Assembly (NCBI RefSeq): GCF_030028105.1
Contig: NC_092372.1
Span: 168,770,058-168,834,057 of the forward strand
DNA from: Mobula birostris
Lineage: Eukaryota
Direction of reading: 5' to 3'
Length of the DNA stretch: 64,000 nucleotides
Below the pieces are notes generated by a model, which searched no databases, had not been told where the DNA came from, and saw only the letters and a program-made list of their open reading frames with translations. Below are positions 39,670 through 52,819 of this stretch, piece after piece (the first letter of the stretch is position 1; every line of letters begins with the position of its first letter). A program made the translations under genes and the position numbers.

Positions 39670-40258
39670 ATGCCATCAGGTTGGAGGCTACCCAGGTGGA
39701 ATATAAGGTGGCGTTTCTCCAACCTGAGTGTGACCTCCGCAGCAGTAGTGGAGGCCATGGATTGACATATCAGAACGCGAAGTGGAATTAAAATGGGTGG
39801 TCACCAGGTGATCCCACTCCTTCTGGCGAACAGAGCATGGCGCTCGGCAAAACAGCCTCCCATGAACATCAACTTCTCAAAGTCCCAGTAATGTTGCCCT
39901 CTACCCCACCATTCCCCACCCCCTTTTCCATCTCTCACCTTATCTCCTTGCTCATCCATCACCACCCGTTGGTGCCCTCTTCCCTTTTCCTTATTCCACA
40001 GCCTTCTGTCCTCTCCTATTAGATTTCCCCTTCCCCAGCTCTGGGTATTTTCACCAATCAACTTTCCAGCTGTTTACTTCACCCCTCCCCCTCTCAGTTT
40101 CACCTATCACCTTGTGTTTCTCCCTCCCCTCCCCCCATCTTTTAAATCTACTTGTCTTTTTTTCTTCAGTCCTGCTAAAAGGTCTTGGCCTGAAACGTTA
40201 ACTGTACTCTTTTCCATAGATGCTGCCTGGCCTGCTGCGTTCCTCCAGTATTTTGGAT
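39670..40258. mobile_element. Penelope-like 3' fragment with 5' inversion
   Basis: 39670-39860 runs in the same orientation as 34876-35075, while 39861-40258 is the opposite strand of 34480-34877. Confidence 0.8.
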
Positions 40259-42026
40259 GTAAAACAATGGTTGACTCAACCATGTTACACTGAAGGTTAT
40301 GTGTCTCACATTCCAACAGACGATGTCACTCAGATTCCAAGGCATATTTTGACTATGCATGTAGTAGATGATCCACAAGGTGATGCGAAACTGAATGACA
40401 GTGTGTCAAATGTCAGCCCTCAAAGCTCTGCTGTAGGAAGAAAACCTTCTGTATCTACATCCTCCTCTGCATGCATTAAAACAGAAGCTGATTTTGCTGG
40501 ATTAATGGCATGTCAATAATTATTGAAAGACAAACATGCGCTGGAAAAGCAAGAGGAACAACTATGGAATAGGAAGGAACAGCTTAAGATGGAGGAAGAA
40601 ATTGCCGCACATATGGCTAAAGTAAATGTGCTAAGGGCTTCAAGTGTAGCAAGGGCTAAAAGTGCTCCAGCAGCATGGTCTTATGGTGTCAATTCTTATA
40701 TTGAAAAGGCACAGGAAAAAAAAACAATCAATATCAATGTTGATTCATTTGTTCCTCATGTATTTGGGATACATTAACAAAACCCAAAGTAGTAGTTCAG
40801 GGGGTTTACACTCAGCTTGCACTAATGAGGCGCTCTGAACCGATGACATATCCAACAGCTCAAAGAGCTCATGGGGAAATTCACCTGCAGCATAGAAACA
40901 CTCCTGTTTCAGACGTTAGAGGTCAAACAGTATTATTGATATTATGAAGAAGCAAAGTGAAATAACAATCTTATTGGCACAACAACAATGTATTTTATCT
41001 TTGTCTAAAAGAGAGATTCAAATCTTAGATGGCGATCCATTGTAGTATCATGCATTCATGAAGGCCTTAGAAAGCAAAACTGACAGCCATAGTGACTGCC
41101 TCTATTTCCTTGAACAATAAACTAGGGATCACCCTAGAGAACTTGTGAAATGTTTTCAGCATGTCAACCCTAAGAAAGGATATGTCACAGCTAAGGCTTT
41201 ATTACAGGAATATATTGTAACGAACAGAAAATTGCATCCACCTACAAGCAAAAGGCTCTTTCTTGGGTACTTATCAAATTTGAAAATGTAAAAGCCCTTC
41301 AAGACTACAGTGTTGTTCTTAGAGGCTGTTGCAATGCCATGGAAGAAGTGCAGTACCTGCGTGAGCTGGACATGTCTGCCAAATGTCAATTGTTGTAAAG
41401 AAACTGCCTTACATTATAAATGGAGAACGGAACTGCAAGAAAGGCACAACCATAAGAGTATTGTTGATTTTATTGAAGGGCAAGTAAAGATTGCAACAGA
41501 CCCGGTACTTAGGAATATACAGTCACCTGCAATAATCAAAGGTGTGAATACAACTAAGTTACAACTTTGTTCTAGGACTAAAGGAAGCAGATTTGCCACT
41601 ACTGTGGCCATTGTGGAAGTAAAGCTGAATCTGAACCTCGAACTAATGGAAGGGAAATGGTCTTGCCAGCCAAAGGGGTTTGTCTGTTCTGCAAAGGTGA
41701 AGACACATTGGATATATGCCCTTAGCTGGAGAAAAAGGCTCATATTGAGAACGTTGTCTTTCTAAAGGAAAATGTTGTCTGCTTTGACTGTTTGTGTACA
41801 GGATACATCAGCAAGGATTGTAGGGCATGATTTTCATGCAAGGTAAGCAGTTTTAAGCATCCCAGCACATTTCATATTCACACTAACGAAAAGAATGCAG
41901 AATCAAAACATGCCGTGAAAGAATCAGCATTGAGCGGTGCCCTGATACATAACGGCCTTACAGGGGCTGGCGATCATAATTCCAGTACAAGTGAAATCTA
42001 AGGGAGTAACAAGACTGTGGTTACTT

Positions 42027-42118
42027 ATCAAAGTTGCTGGTGAACGCAGCAGGCCAGGCAGCATCTGTAGGAAGAGGTGCAGTCGACGTTTCAGGCTGAG
42101 ACCCTTCGTCAGGACTAA
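42027..42118 (-). mobile_element. About 92-bp Penelope terminal-repeat insertion
   Basis: Same family as 36150-36240 and 40165-40258; interrupts the BEL protease region. Confidence 0.85.
42081..42116 (-). ncRNA. Minimal type I hammerhead ribozyme motif
   Basis: AGUC-CUGACGA-AGG(GUCUCAG)CCU-GAAA-C-GUC-GACU: stem I AGUC/GACU, core CUGANGA, stem II AGG/CCU, GAAA, palindromic ACGU in place of stem III, GUC cleavage triplet. Confidence 0.7.
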
Positions 42119-43048
42119 GTCCGACTTCACAGGAAAAAGGACACATATTCTCTTGAGCACCACGGGCAATAGAAGGTCATGAGCAGCTACACTGTTTCAG
42201 AATTGCAAGTGGCTGGCTTAGATGGTGAAAACTATTGTGAACTACCTAACATCTTTAAATAGGAGAGTATTCCTGTCCATGGAGGGAACAATCCATGACG
42301 GGGATCTCCAGGGATGGTCTCACCTGAAGCATGTCCATTTGTCAGAGATTGATTCAGAAATTAAGCTACTAATAGGGACAAATATGCCTAAAGCATTGGA
42401 GCCATTGCAAGTGATTCGCACGGGAGAACTATGTTGGGTTGGACTGCAAATGTACTACTGAAAAGAATCAATGGTGACAGGAGAGACTATGCATGGCCTG
42501 AGCCCACAGTTAACAGGATCTCAGTTTTGAACTTGGATGACCTTTGGCAGTGGCAGTTCAAGGCAGACTTCCCTGAATGCAGGCAAGATTAACAATTTGG
42601 TTTGTCAAGATAAGACCACAAGTTCATGGAGCTGGTTACAAATTCTGCAAAACTATTAGACAGACACTATCAAATTAGTTTACCTTTGAGAAAGGAGGCT
42701 AACATGCCAAATAACAGGAAGATTGAAGAACAGCATGCTCTAAATTTAAGGAAGAGGTTTAAAATGGATTTCTCATTTCAGATAGACTACACAGCTTCCA
42801 TGATGAATGTCATCTCTAAAGGTCATGCCGAAACAGTGCTAGCAGAGGATCTGGAATGCAGTGATGGGAAAGTCTGGCATATTCCACATTATGATGTTTA
42901 CCACTCCAGAAAAGGGGAACTTCATGTTGCGGTTGAATGTGGAGTGACTTTTCAAGAAATATCAATGCTTAGCTCTTACAGGGACCGGATCTTACTAGCT
43001 CACTGGTTGGAGTCATAACCAGATTCAGAAAAGAACCAGTGGTGATCA

Positions 43049-44159
43049 AAGTTCAAAGTAAAATTTATCATTAAAATACGTGCAAGCCACCACATACAAC
43101 CCTAAGATTCTTTTTCCTGTGGGCATACTTAGCAAATCTATCGAACAGTAACTGTAAACAGGATCAAAGAACAACAAACTGTGCAAATGCAAATATAAAT
43201 AAATAGCAATAAATAACGAGTATGAAATAATATAAAATGAAAGAGCATGAAATAACAAGATAAAGAGCCCTTAAAGTAGAACCATCGGTTGTGGGAACAC
43301 CAGAAATAGTATGAGTGTGGTCATCCTCTTTTGCTCAAGAGCCTGATAGTTCAGGTGTAGTAACTGTTTTTGAACACAGTAGTGCAAGTCCTGAGGCACC
43401 TGTACCTTCTACCTTATGGTAGCAGTGAGAAAAGAGAATGACCTGGGTGGTGAGATTCTTTGATGATGGATGCTGCTTTTCTAAGGTAATGTTTCATGTA
43501 GATATACTCAATGGTTTGGAGAGCTTTACCCATGATGTACTGGGCCAAATCCACTACCTTTTGTAGGATTTTCCACTCAAAAGGCATTGGTAGCCAGTCA
43601 GCACACTTTCCACTACACATCTATACAAGTTTGCCAAGATTTTTGATAACATAATTGTCCTAGACTCCTGAGGAAGCAGAGGTGCTGTTGTGCTTTCTTT
43701 GAAATTAAATTTATATAAATGGGTCCAAGATAGGGCCTCTGAGGTAGTCCTGAGTCTCGAGGGCCTCTGTATTAAGGAATTTAAAATTGATCTTCTCCAC
43801 CTCTGATCCTCCGATGAGTACTGACTCATGGACCTCTGGTTTCCCTCTCCTGAAGTCTACAATCAGTTCCTTGGTCTTAGTGAAATTGAGTGAGAGGTGG
43901 TTGTTATTACACCATTCAGCCAAAATTTTAATCTCCCTTCTGTATGCTGACTTATCACCACCTTTGATGCAGCCCACAACAGTGGTGTCATCAGCAAACG
44001 CATGTGATGTTGGAGCTGTACTTAGCCACACAGTCATAGGTGTAAAGTGAGTAGAGCAGGGTGGCTAAACACTCATCCCTGTGGTGCTCCTGTGCTGATG
44101 GAGATTGTGGAGGAGTTGTTGCTGCTAATCTGAACTGACTGTGATTTGCAAGTGAGGAA
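43049..44159 (-). mobile_element. Rex1/Babar-like LINE fragment nested in BEL RT
   Basis: FADDTTVVG, LNFTKTKELIVDFRR (ORF 43711-44037); (tttgaa) tail; atca duplicated at 43045-43048 and 44160-44163. Confidence 0.9.
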
Positions 44160-44989
44160 ATCATGGCAAATACTGAATCAATGTTTCATCAGGTTAAAGT
44201 ACGAGAGGAAGATGCAGATCAGCTGAGGTTTCTCTGGTGATCTGATGGTGGCCTCAGCCAAGATATGATGGACTTTAGAAAGGTGGTACATCTCCTTGGA
44301 GCAACTTCATCACCAAGGTGTGCCAACTTCGCCCTTAGGAAATGTGCAGAAGACAATGAAAATCAGTTCAGCTGAGGCTGCAGATAACATTTTGGTTTTC
44401 TTCCTTGTTGATAACTGCCTTGTGTCAGTGTCCTCTGAGAAAGAAGTGGTATCTCTGTATCATGGCGTATCCATTTGTGTGAAAGGTGGCTTTTAACTCA
44501 TGAAGTAGATAGCAACATACATAGTGTACTAACTGTGCATAGAGAAAGACATGAAGGATTTGGATTTGGATTAAGATGTAACTTTGGGGAGAGAGTACTG
44601 GATGTGCAATGGTCTGAAGATTGCTAATGTGATTACACAAACTTCGCTTATTTCGCTAATAATTGCTATATTACATTGTCATGCTCCTGACTTTCATTCC
44701 TGCACATTGCAGTATAGTTAGATGTTACTGAATCTAATCTCCTGTCCCATTGCTGAAGTTTGCATTTTATTCTATTTGATATTAATATTTTAACAACATT
44801 ACTTAAGTTTTTTAATAAAATTATTAATTTTGATTTTTTAAAAATACTTTTAACTATTTTAAAACATTTCTGGCTATCAGAAACATTTAGTTGTAAAGGC
44901 ATGATATGTCAAAAGGTCATTAAGGCATTCTGTGGGAGATGCCATGTGTAAAATGAGGCCAATGGAGTGTTATATATAGGAGACAGCAG

Positions 44990-46090
44990 GGTTTCACTTC
45001 CAGATGAGTTTAATGCCTTCTATGCTCGCTTTGACCAAAAACATGGAGGAGCTATCACAAACTCTCACATTCCTCAATGATACTATGATTTCAGTCTCTG
45101 ATGCCGATGTGCAAGCAGCCTTCAGGAGGGTGAACCCACAAAAAGCATCTGGCCCAGATGAGGTACCTTGCCAAGTCCCAAACACCTGTGCTGATCTACT
45201 GGTTGGTGTGTTCTCGCTTTGGCAGTGTGTGCTACTTATCTTCTTCCAGCAGGCTTTGATTATACCAGTGCCCAAGAAGAGCATGGTGACCTACCTCAAT
45301 GACTATCACCCAGTAGCACTACATCAACAACCTCTTACTCAATATCATGAAAATCAAGGAGCTGATTGTAGACATCAGGAGAAGGAAATCATTGGAGGAT
45401 CAGAGGTAAAGAGGGATAGCATCTTTAAAGTCCCAGGTATTATTATTTTGGAGGACCTGTCCCAGGATATAAGTGCAATTACAAAGAAAGCACAGCAGTG
45501 CCTTTACTTCTTAAGAGTTTACAGAAATTCAGCATGGCATCTAAAACTTCTATAGGTGAGTAGTGTAGAGCATATTGACTGGGTGCATCACAGCTGGTAT
45601 GGAAACACTAATACCCCTTGAACTGAAAATCCTACAAAAGTAGTGGATATGGCCAGTCCATCACAGGTAGAATCCTTCCAACCATTGAGCACTTCCACAT
45701 AGAATATTGTCACAAGAAAGCACCATCCATCATCAGGAGCCCCCAGCACACAGGACATCCTCTTCTCTCACTGTTGCCATCAGGAAGAAGGTACAAAGGC
45801 CTCAGGACTCAGCAATACCTCCAAGAACAGTTACTACCCCTCAACCATCATTAAAATATTCTCACAACCTATGGGCTCACTTTTAAAAACTCATTCAATC
45901 ATGATCTCAATATTTATTGCTTATTTATTCATTATTATTTTCATATCTTCCTTTTGTATTTGCAGTTTGTTGTCTTCTGCACTCTGGTTAAAAACCCTAG
46001 CTGGGTGATCTTTCATTGGCACTGTTATGTTACTATTCTATAGAATTATTGAATATGTTTATAAGAAAATTAGTCTCTGGGTTGGTGACA
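44990..46090 (+). mobile_element. Internally deleted Rex1/Babar-like LINE
   Basis: KASGPD, IIPVPKKS, LNDYHPVAL, KKAQQCLYFLR (ORF 45004-45555); central RT missing. Confidence 0.85.
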
Positions 46091-46091
46091 T

Positions 46092-46382
46092 ATGAGGGGT
46101 GATTGATAAGTTCGTGGCCTAAAGTAGAAGGAGTCAATTTTTTAAAAAACCTAGCACATTTATTTCTCAACATAGTTCCCTCCTACATTTACACAGTCTA
46201 GTGGTCGTGGAGTATATGAATCCCTTCTTTGTAGAAGTCGGCGTCTTGGACCTCCAGAAAGTGGTCCACAGCAGGGGTGATTGCTAAGTTTGTGGCTTAA
46301 GGTAGAAGGAGATGAGTTATACAGCTCTTGTTACATGCACGTGCAGTTCAACTCTTTGAGTGATTATGCAGAAAGTTTGAAG
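46092..46382. mobile_element. Mariner-like MITE fragment with internal direct repeat
   Basis: tatgaggggtgattgataagtt start resembles mariner TIRs; the 38-bp unit recurs at about 46273-46311; no opposite TIR seen. Confidence 0.5.
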
Positions 46383-47185
46383 AACTCACCTTTATTTCTT
46401 TCAGCTTCCCAAGTGCCTTCTCCGTAGTAACAGCAACGACATTCACTTCTAGCCCCAAAACTCTCAAATCTCTGGCATACAGCTGGTGCATCCCTCAGTG
46501 ATGTTTGTCGCCCTTTTTTGCTTCCCTATTACGTTTCCAAAGTCATTTCCAGCACTCCAATTTCCAGTCTTGTCTCTCTTTGACTCTTTGTATACAGTAT
46601 TTGAAAAAGCTGTATTATAGGCTAGTTAACCTTTATATTACATCTTGTCTCTCCTTAAGACATTTCAATTGCCTTTTGTTGGTTTTTAAAAGCTACCCAA
46701 TCCTCTAGCTTCCTGCTTTTTTTTGCAACATTGTACACTTCTTTTTTGCTTTTATGCTCTCTGTAACTTCCCTTGTCAGCCACGGTTGTCTCATCCTCTC
46801 TTTAGAGTATTTCTTCTTCTCTGGGATAATCTATTCTGTACTTTCTGAATTGCTCCTCGAAACTCCAGCCATTGCTGTCCTGCTGTCATCGCTGCTCTTG
46901 TCCCCTTCCAATCACCTTTCACTAACTGCTATCTGATACCTCTGCTGTATCCTTTACTCCACTATAATACTGATAGTTCTGATTTTAGCTTTTTCCTCTC
47001 AGACTGCAGGCTGAATTCAATCATACTCTGATCTCTGCCTTCTAAAGGTTCCTTTACCTTAAGTTCCTTAATCACATCTGGTTTATGACACAACACCCAA
47101 TCCAGAAATGTTTTTCCCCTAGTGGGCTCAACCACAAGCTGCTTTAAAAAGCCATCTTCTATGCATTCTAGAAATTCCTTTTCTT

Positions 47186-50100
47186 TTCAATATTTTTTAT
47201 TAGTTTCTACATAAAAGAATACAAAGTATATATAAAGGTTGAAAAAAATGACTACCGATTACATTATATCTATTCAAAATAACAATCTCATTACCCTGTA
47301 TTCATGTAGGTTAGTCAAAGTTATGTTGAAATATACTAATTTATTACAAAAAAAATCTAACCCCTACCAAGACCAAAACTGTTTATTAAGGAGAAAAGAA
47401 GGTAAAATACCTTCTCGTATAATAAAAATTAAAAATAGTCAACATCTGAATTTAAACAACGAATTGAAAGTCTTGAAAGTTTTGAAAATAATTCAGAAAG
47501 GGTCCCCACAATGTTTGGAAGTCTTGACGAGGTTCAGAAATTGAATAGCGAATCTTCTCTAAATCTAAGCATGACATAACATCGCAAAACCATTGAGCAT
47601 GAGTAGGAGGAAAAACATCTTCCCATTTAAACAAAAGCGCCCTCCTAGCTATAAGAGAGCTGAAGGCCAAAATATGTAAATCTGATGTCTCCAGCTTGAT
47701 ATCTTGTCCAGCAACAATACCAAATAGGGCTGTCAGAGGATTAGGCTTAAAATTGACTTTGAAAAGTAAAGAAAAAGTTTGAAAAACTTCCTTCCAATAT
47801 TTTACAAGACATGGACAAGTCCAAAACATATGAATTAATGAAGCTTCTCCATTTATTGCATCTGTCACAGTAGGGAAATATATCCAAATAAAAACGAGAT
47901 AGCTTACCTTTAATCATACGGATTCAATGTACCACCTTAAATTGTATGAGGGAATGGCGAGCACATAGCGATGATGTATTAACCAGTTTAAAAATTTCAT
48001 TCCAAATTTGCTCAGATATTGATGTCTGTAAGTCTTGTTCCCAGAGATTCTTAATTTTGTCTAAAGGAATATTCCTCATCTCCAGTAATACACCATAAAT
48101 ATTAGATATTGAACCATTATAAAAAGGTGTCAAATTAAAAATTATGTCTAGTAGGTTCTTATCTGACCTTATAGGAAATGTACATAATTGAGATCTTAGA
48201 AAGTCTCTAATTTGTAGATATCTAAAAAAGTGAGTTTTGGGACAGCGATGTTTAGCTGACAATTGCTCAAATGAAAAAAGATCTCCTCCAACAAACAGAT
48301 TCCAAAAGTATTTAATACCCAACCTGTCCCATTCTTTAAAAACTAAATCAGTCATGGAGGTTTTTAAAAAAAAATAGAATAAATGGGACTAGAAAGGGAA
48401 AATCTCAATAAACCAAAATGTTTTCTAAATTGAATCTCAGAGTATGTTTAACTATTAAATTATCAGTTAGTTTCCTTACAAATAAAGGAAGTGAGGATCC
48501 AAGAAGAGAAATAATAGAAAATTTACTAACAGAATTAGCTTCTAAAGAAACTCATACCAGACAGTCTACATGATTAATATAATATATCCGAAACGCAAGA
48601 TATCGTATATTAACTGCCCAGTAATAAAACCTAAAATTAGGTAAGGCTAAACCTCCAGACTTCTTTGGTTTTTGAAGATGAAATTTATTTAAACAAGGAC
48701 TTTTTTTCCATATATAGGAGGATCGAATAGATTCAAGTGAGTCAAAAAAGGATTTAGGAATAAAAATGGGTAAAGCCTGAAAAAGATACATAATTTTAGG
48801 TAGAATATTCATTTTAATAGAATTAATTCCTCCGACCAACGATATTGAAAGAGGTGACCAATTTAATAATATCTTTTTTACATGGTTCAATAAAGTAAGT
48901 TTTCTTTAAACAGGTATTTGTAATTCTTAGTGATTGTTACACCCAAATAAGTAAATTGATTCCTTACAATTTTAAACGGAAGATTAATATTAACTAATAC
49001 CAAATTATTTAAAGGAAATAATTCATTCTTATGTAGATTCAATTTATATCCTGAAAACTGGCCAAAACAGGAGAGTAAAGAAAATACACAAGGTAACAAA
49101 ATTTCAACATTACAGATAAAAAGCAATATATCATCAGCGTAAAGCGCGATTTTGTGGGTGATAGCTCTCCTTGAAATACCACAGCTATCATTAGATTCTC
49201 GAAAAGCAATAGCAAGGGGTTCCAAAGCTAAATCGAAAAGTAAAGGACTCAACGGACAACCTTGTCTAGTTCTGCAGTGAAGTTTTAATGGTTTGGAATT
49301 TTGAAAATTAGTAAGAACTCGAGCAGAAGGAGATAAATAAAGTAATTTAATCCATTGAATAAAATCTGGTCCAAAATTAAATTTTTCTAAAGTTTTAAAT
49401 AAATAATTCCATTCAACCCGATCGAAGGCTTTCTCAGCATCTAAAGATATCACACATTCCGATATCTCCTGAGAAAGAGATTAAATAACATTTAATACAC
49501 GGCATATATTAAAATAGGAATGTTGGCTTTTAATAAATCCAGTCTGATCACCAGAAATAATAGAAAGTAAAATATTTTCAACCCTACGAGCCAGAACTTT
49601 AGGAAGAATGTTAGTATCTATATTAAGTAATAAGATTGGCCTATATGAAGAGCATTCAGTTGGATCCTTATTCTTTTTTAGGATAAGTGAAATAGAAGTT
49701 TCATAAAAAGATTGAGGCAAACTACCTAATTTGAAAGAATCCAAAAAGACTAAGTACAACTGCGGTATAATTAATGAAGAAAAAGCCTTATAAAATTCTC
49801 CTGAAAATCCATCTGGACCCGGAGCCTTCCCCGAGTGTAATGAACGTATAGCCTCGGCTATTTCCTCATACGAAATGGGTTGATCCATCCATTTGCAATT
49901 ATCTGCAGAAAGTGCAGGGATATTTAATTGATCTAAAAAATTGTTCGTTACAGTATTATCTTTAGGGGAGTCAGAACTATAAAGTTTAGAATAGAATTCT
50001 CTAAAGGTATCATTTATTTCAGAGTAATCATTTGTCCTATCACCATTCATTTTGCAAATTTCTTTAATTTGTCATTTAACTACAGAAGTTTTTAATTACT

Positions 50101-52819
50101 ACTACTACTCTACTACTACTACGTCGACTCAGGCCTAGGGGGCCAGCGTCGGGCATGATGACAGACTCTCCACTTCTCTTAATTGGTTGGCCAACACTTT
50201 GCCTGATTTATCTCCATGAATGTAAAATTGAGTTTTATCTTTTAAGAAGTTGAGTTTCAATTGGATATCTTAACAGAAGATCATATTTAGTTTGAACTTC
50301 AACACGTCTTTTATACAAAACAGGATCTGGAGCTATAGCGTATTTTGATCTAATTGTTTTAATTGATTGGCTAATTCAATTCTTTGTTTATTAGCTTTAT
50401 TGTTAACACTCACAGTATAAGAAATAATTTGTCCTCTAATATAGGCCTTGAAAGTATTCCATTCAATAAGATTTAAGTCTCTTCCTTTTTATTCTCTTCA
50501 AAAAACAAAATAATATGCTTCTCTAGAAATTTTAAAAATTCCTTATCTGATAACAAAGTTGTATTAAAACGCCAGAATCTGTTGGTTTCAAGAAGACCAG
50601 GGAGTTTTAAAGATAAAAATATAGGACCATGATCTAAAACAGCAATCTCTTTATATTCACAGGAACGAACTGATGAGATCATTTGACTATCAATAAAAAA
50701 AAAATCAATCCTGGAATATGTGTGGTGAACATGGGAAATAATCCAATATTCCCTATCTATGGGATGTAAGAAATGCCAAACATCAACTATACCACACTTC
50801 AATAAAAATAATCGTATAAACAAAGCTGATTTATTAAGAGACGCTGGTTAACAGATGATTGGTCTAAGATTGGGTCGAGCCAACAGTTAAAATCTCCTCC
50901 CATCACCAAAGAATAAAGATTCAGATCTGGTAAAAAAAGAAAAAAAAATATTCAAAGAATCCTGGGTCATCATTGGCAAATACTATTATCTTATTATCTA
51001 GTTTTTCTGAGACTATAACAAAACGTCCATTAGTAGCAGACTTTATGTTGGACAAAGGAAAGTGTATTATCTATAAGAATCAAAACGCCTCTAGATTTGG
51101 CCTGAAAAGTGAAAACAAAGTCCATTCCAACTGCTAAAAAAATGTAGATATCACATTTGCGTGTGTGAGTTTCTTGTAAAAAAAAAATAGGGACCTTAAA
51201 TTTCTTAATATAAGCATAAATCTTATTACATTTAACAGGGCAATTTAATCCTTTCATGTTAAAACTGAGTAAATTAATAGTTTGGTCCATTTTTAATATT
51301 ATTTAAAGGAAGGATTAAAATGTAAGTTAAAAACCAAGCTATAAGCCTTGAGAAATGGTAACCAAGCAACAAGTTGGCTAAAAATTCGTAAGCAGCTTCC
51401 AGAAAAAAAACATAACCCCGCCCACCTCCCAAAGGAAGAAAACCGACCAATAGAAAGTCGGCATCTACAAACTACTGACAACCCCCCAAAAAACCGGGTG
51501 ATCGCTCCAATTAGTTACAAGGATATTTATATTCCAACCTAGACTAAACAAAACCCAAACAAGAGATTCAGCTCTCGTATATCAAAAATACAGTATTAAA
51601 AAATACAAAAGGAAATTAGTTACAAAGGTTTATGAAAAATAAAAGATACAATTATTAATACAGAAAGACATTGAACATTAATCTTATATCTTCATGGAAA
51701 AACAGACTAAGCAATTAGCTTTCGAATTTTAAAAAAATCTTTGTGCTTCAACATTCAAAAGAAGCCATTCGAAGGATCCATCATTAATTAGATTCTCAGT
51801 CAAACTAGGTAGCCAAGGGACGGGTTAAAACCCTTGTTAAAGAAAACCCCAACAGAGCTTGTTTAAACTTAACACACTCCTGCATAACCTCAAGCCAATA
51901 ACCTTCCAGAATCTTAATGTTCCACCCTATAACCAGACATGCCCCTTCGACGGAATTTGCAAATTAGAAGTTTTCACTTAATCTTATGTCTTCATGTAAG
52001 GAGAAAGTACACAGTTAGCCTTGGGATTTAACCTTCGGATTTTTAAAATTTCTGTGCTTCAATAGTCGAGCAGAACCATTCAAAAGAACTGTTTTTAAGT
52101 GTAATTCTGAGTCGGGCTGGGTAGCGAAGGGAAGGCTTGAAACCCATATTAAAAAACTTGGACATAACTTCTTTGAATTTAACACATTCCTGCATAACCT
52201 CAGGTGAATAATCTTCAACAATTCTAATCTGCGCAATCTGTGAACTTGTTCAATCATAGGCACAGACGTCAAAATCTCCAGAAATAATTCTTGCAAAATG
52301 TTTGCAAAAAACTCCATAGGATGGTTACCTTCGATTAATTCTTCGAGACCCATAACCCATAGGTTGTTCCTTCTATTTCTAATTTCTAGATCGATAATCT
52401 TCTGTCCTAACTTTTTGTTGGACTTCGATTGCTTTTCACAAAGCTTCTGCAATTCATCCACTTCTGTTTCCAGAGCCGAAAAATTTGATACGTTTATTGT
52501 GTTTCTTGATACGTTTATTGTGTTCATTAAGAGTTTGTTGAATAGAGTCCAATTTACCATCTACTTGTTTAAATTCAGGGCTGAATTGTTGAAACTTCTC
52601 AGAGGCTTCTCGTGCATGACTTTGTAGCAATTCCATAATAGAATCCAAAGAGGCAGGAAAATTATCCTTTTTAGTACCTCTGGCACTCCTTCCAGCCATA
52701 ATGAAAGAATATCACACTTAAAAAAAAGACGTTTCAAGACGGTTTGAAAATAGTAAGATAATTAAAATTGGAGCAACGGCAGATTGCTGTTACTTCATCA
52801 GCCACCACAAGGAAATCTC
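47186..52819 (-). mobile_element. Near full-length L1-clade LINE (about 5.6 kb), inactivated
   Basis: ORF1 52015-52699 (LEIRNRRNNL, IEQVHR). ORF2 47452-51290 (SFNMKGLN, FLQETH, SRIDFFF, GKAPGPDGF, SLDAEKAFDRV, QGCPLSP, YADD, GGLALP, HMFWTCP) with frameshifts. TSD agaaattccttttctt (47170-47185) / agaaattccttctctt (52820-52835). Confidence 0.95.
50098..50178 (-). mobile_element. 81-bp RTE-like 3' end with (TAG)n tail inside L1 ORF2
   Basis: TSD ttaatt (50092-50097, 50179-50184); removing it restores LANQLKTSV. Confidence 0.8.

Larger units (their letters stand above)
39400..44620 (+). mobile_element. Decayed BEL/Pao LTR retrotransposon internal region (gag, protease, RT), with three nested insertions
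   Basis: REIQILDGDPL, LLIGTNMPKALEPL, GKVWHIPHY.VYH, LLQGPDLTSSLVGV..RFRKEPV, ESMFHQVKV, LRFLW, GATSSP.CANFAL; no clear LTR pair or integrase seen. Confidence 0.9.

Noticed and set aside
52484-52525. 21-bp tandem duplication in L1 ORF1
   Set aside because: Simple one-heptad slippage in the coiled coil; common and uninformative in a dead copy.
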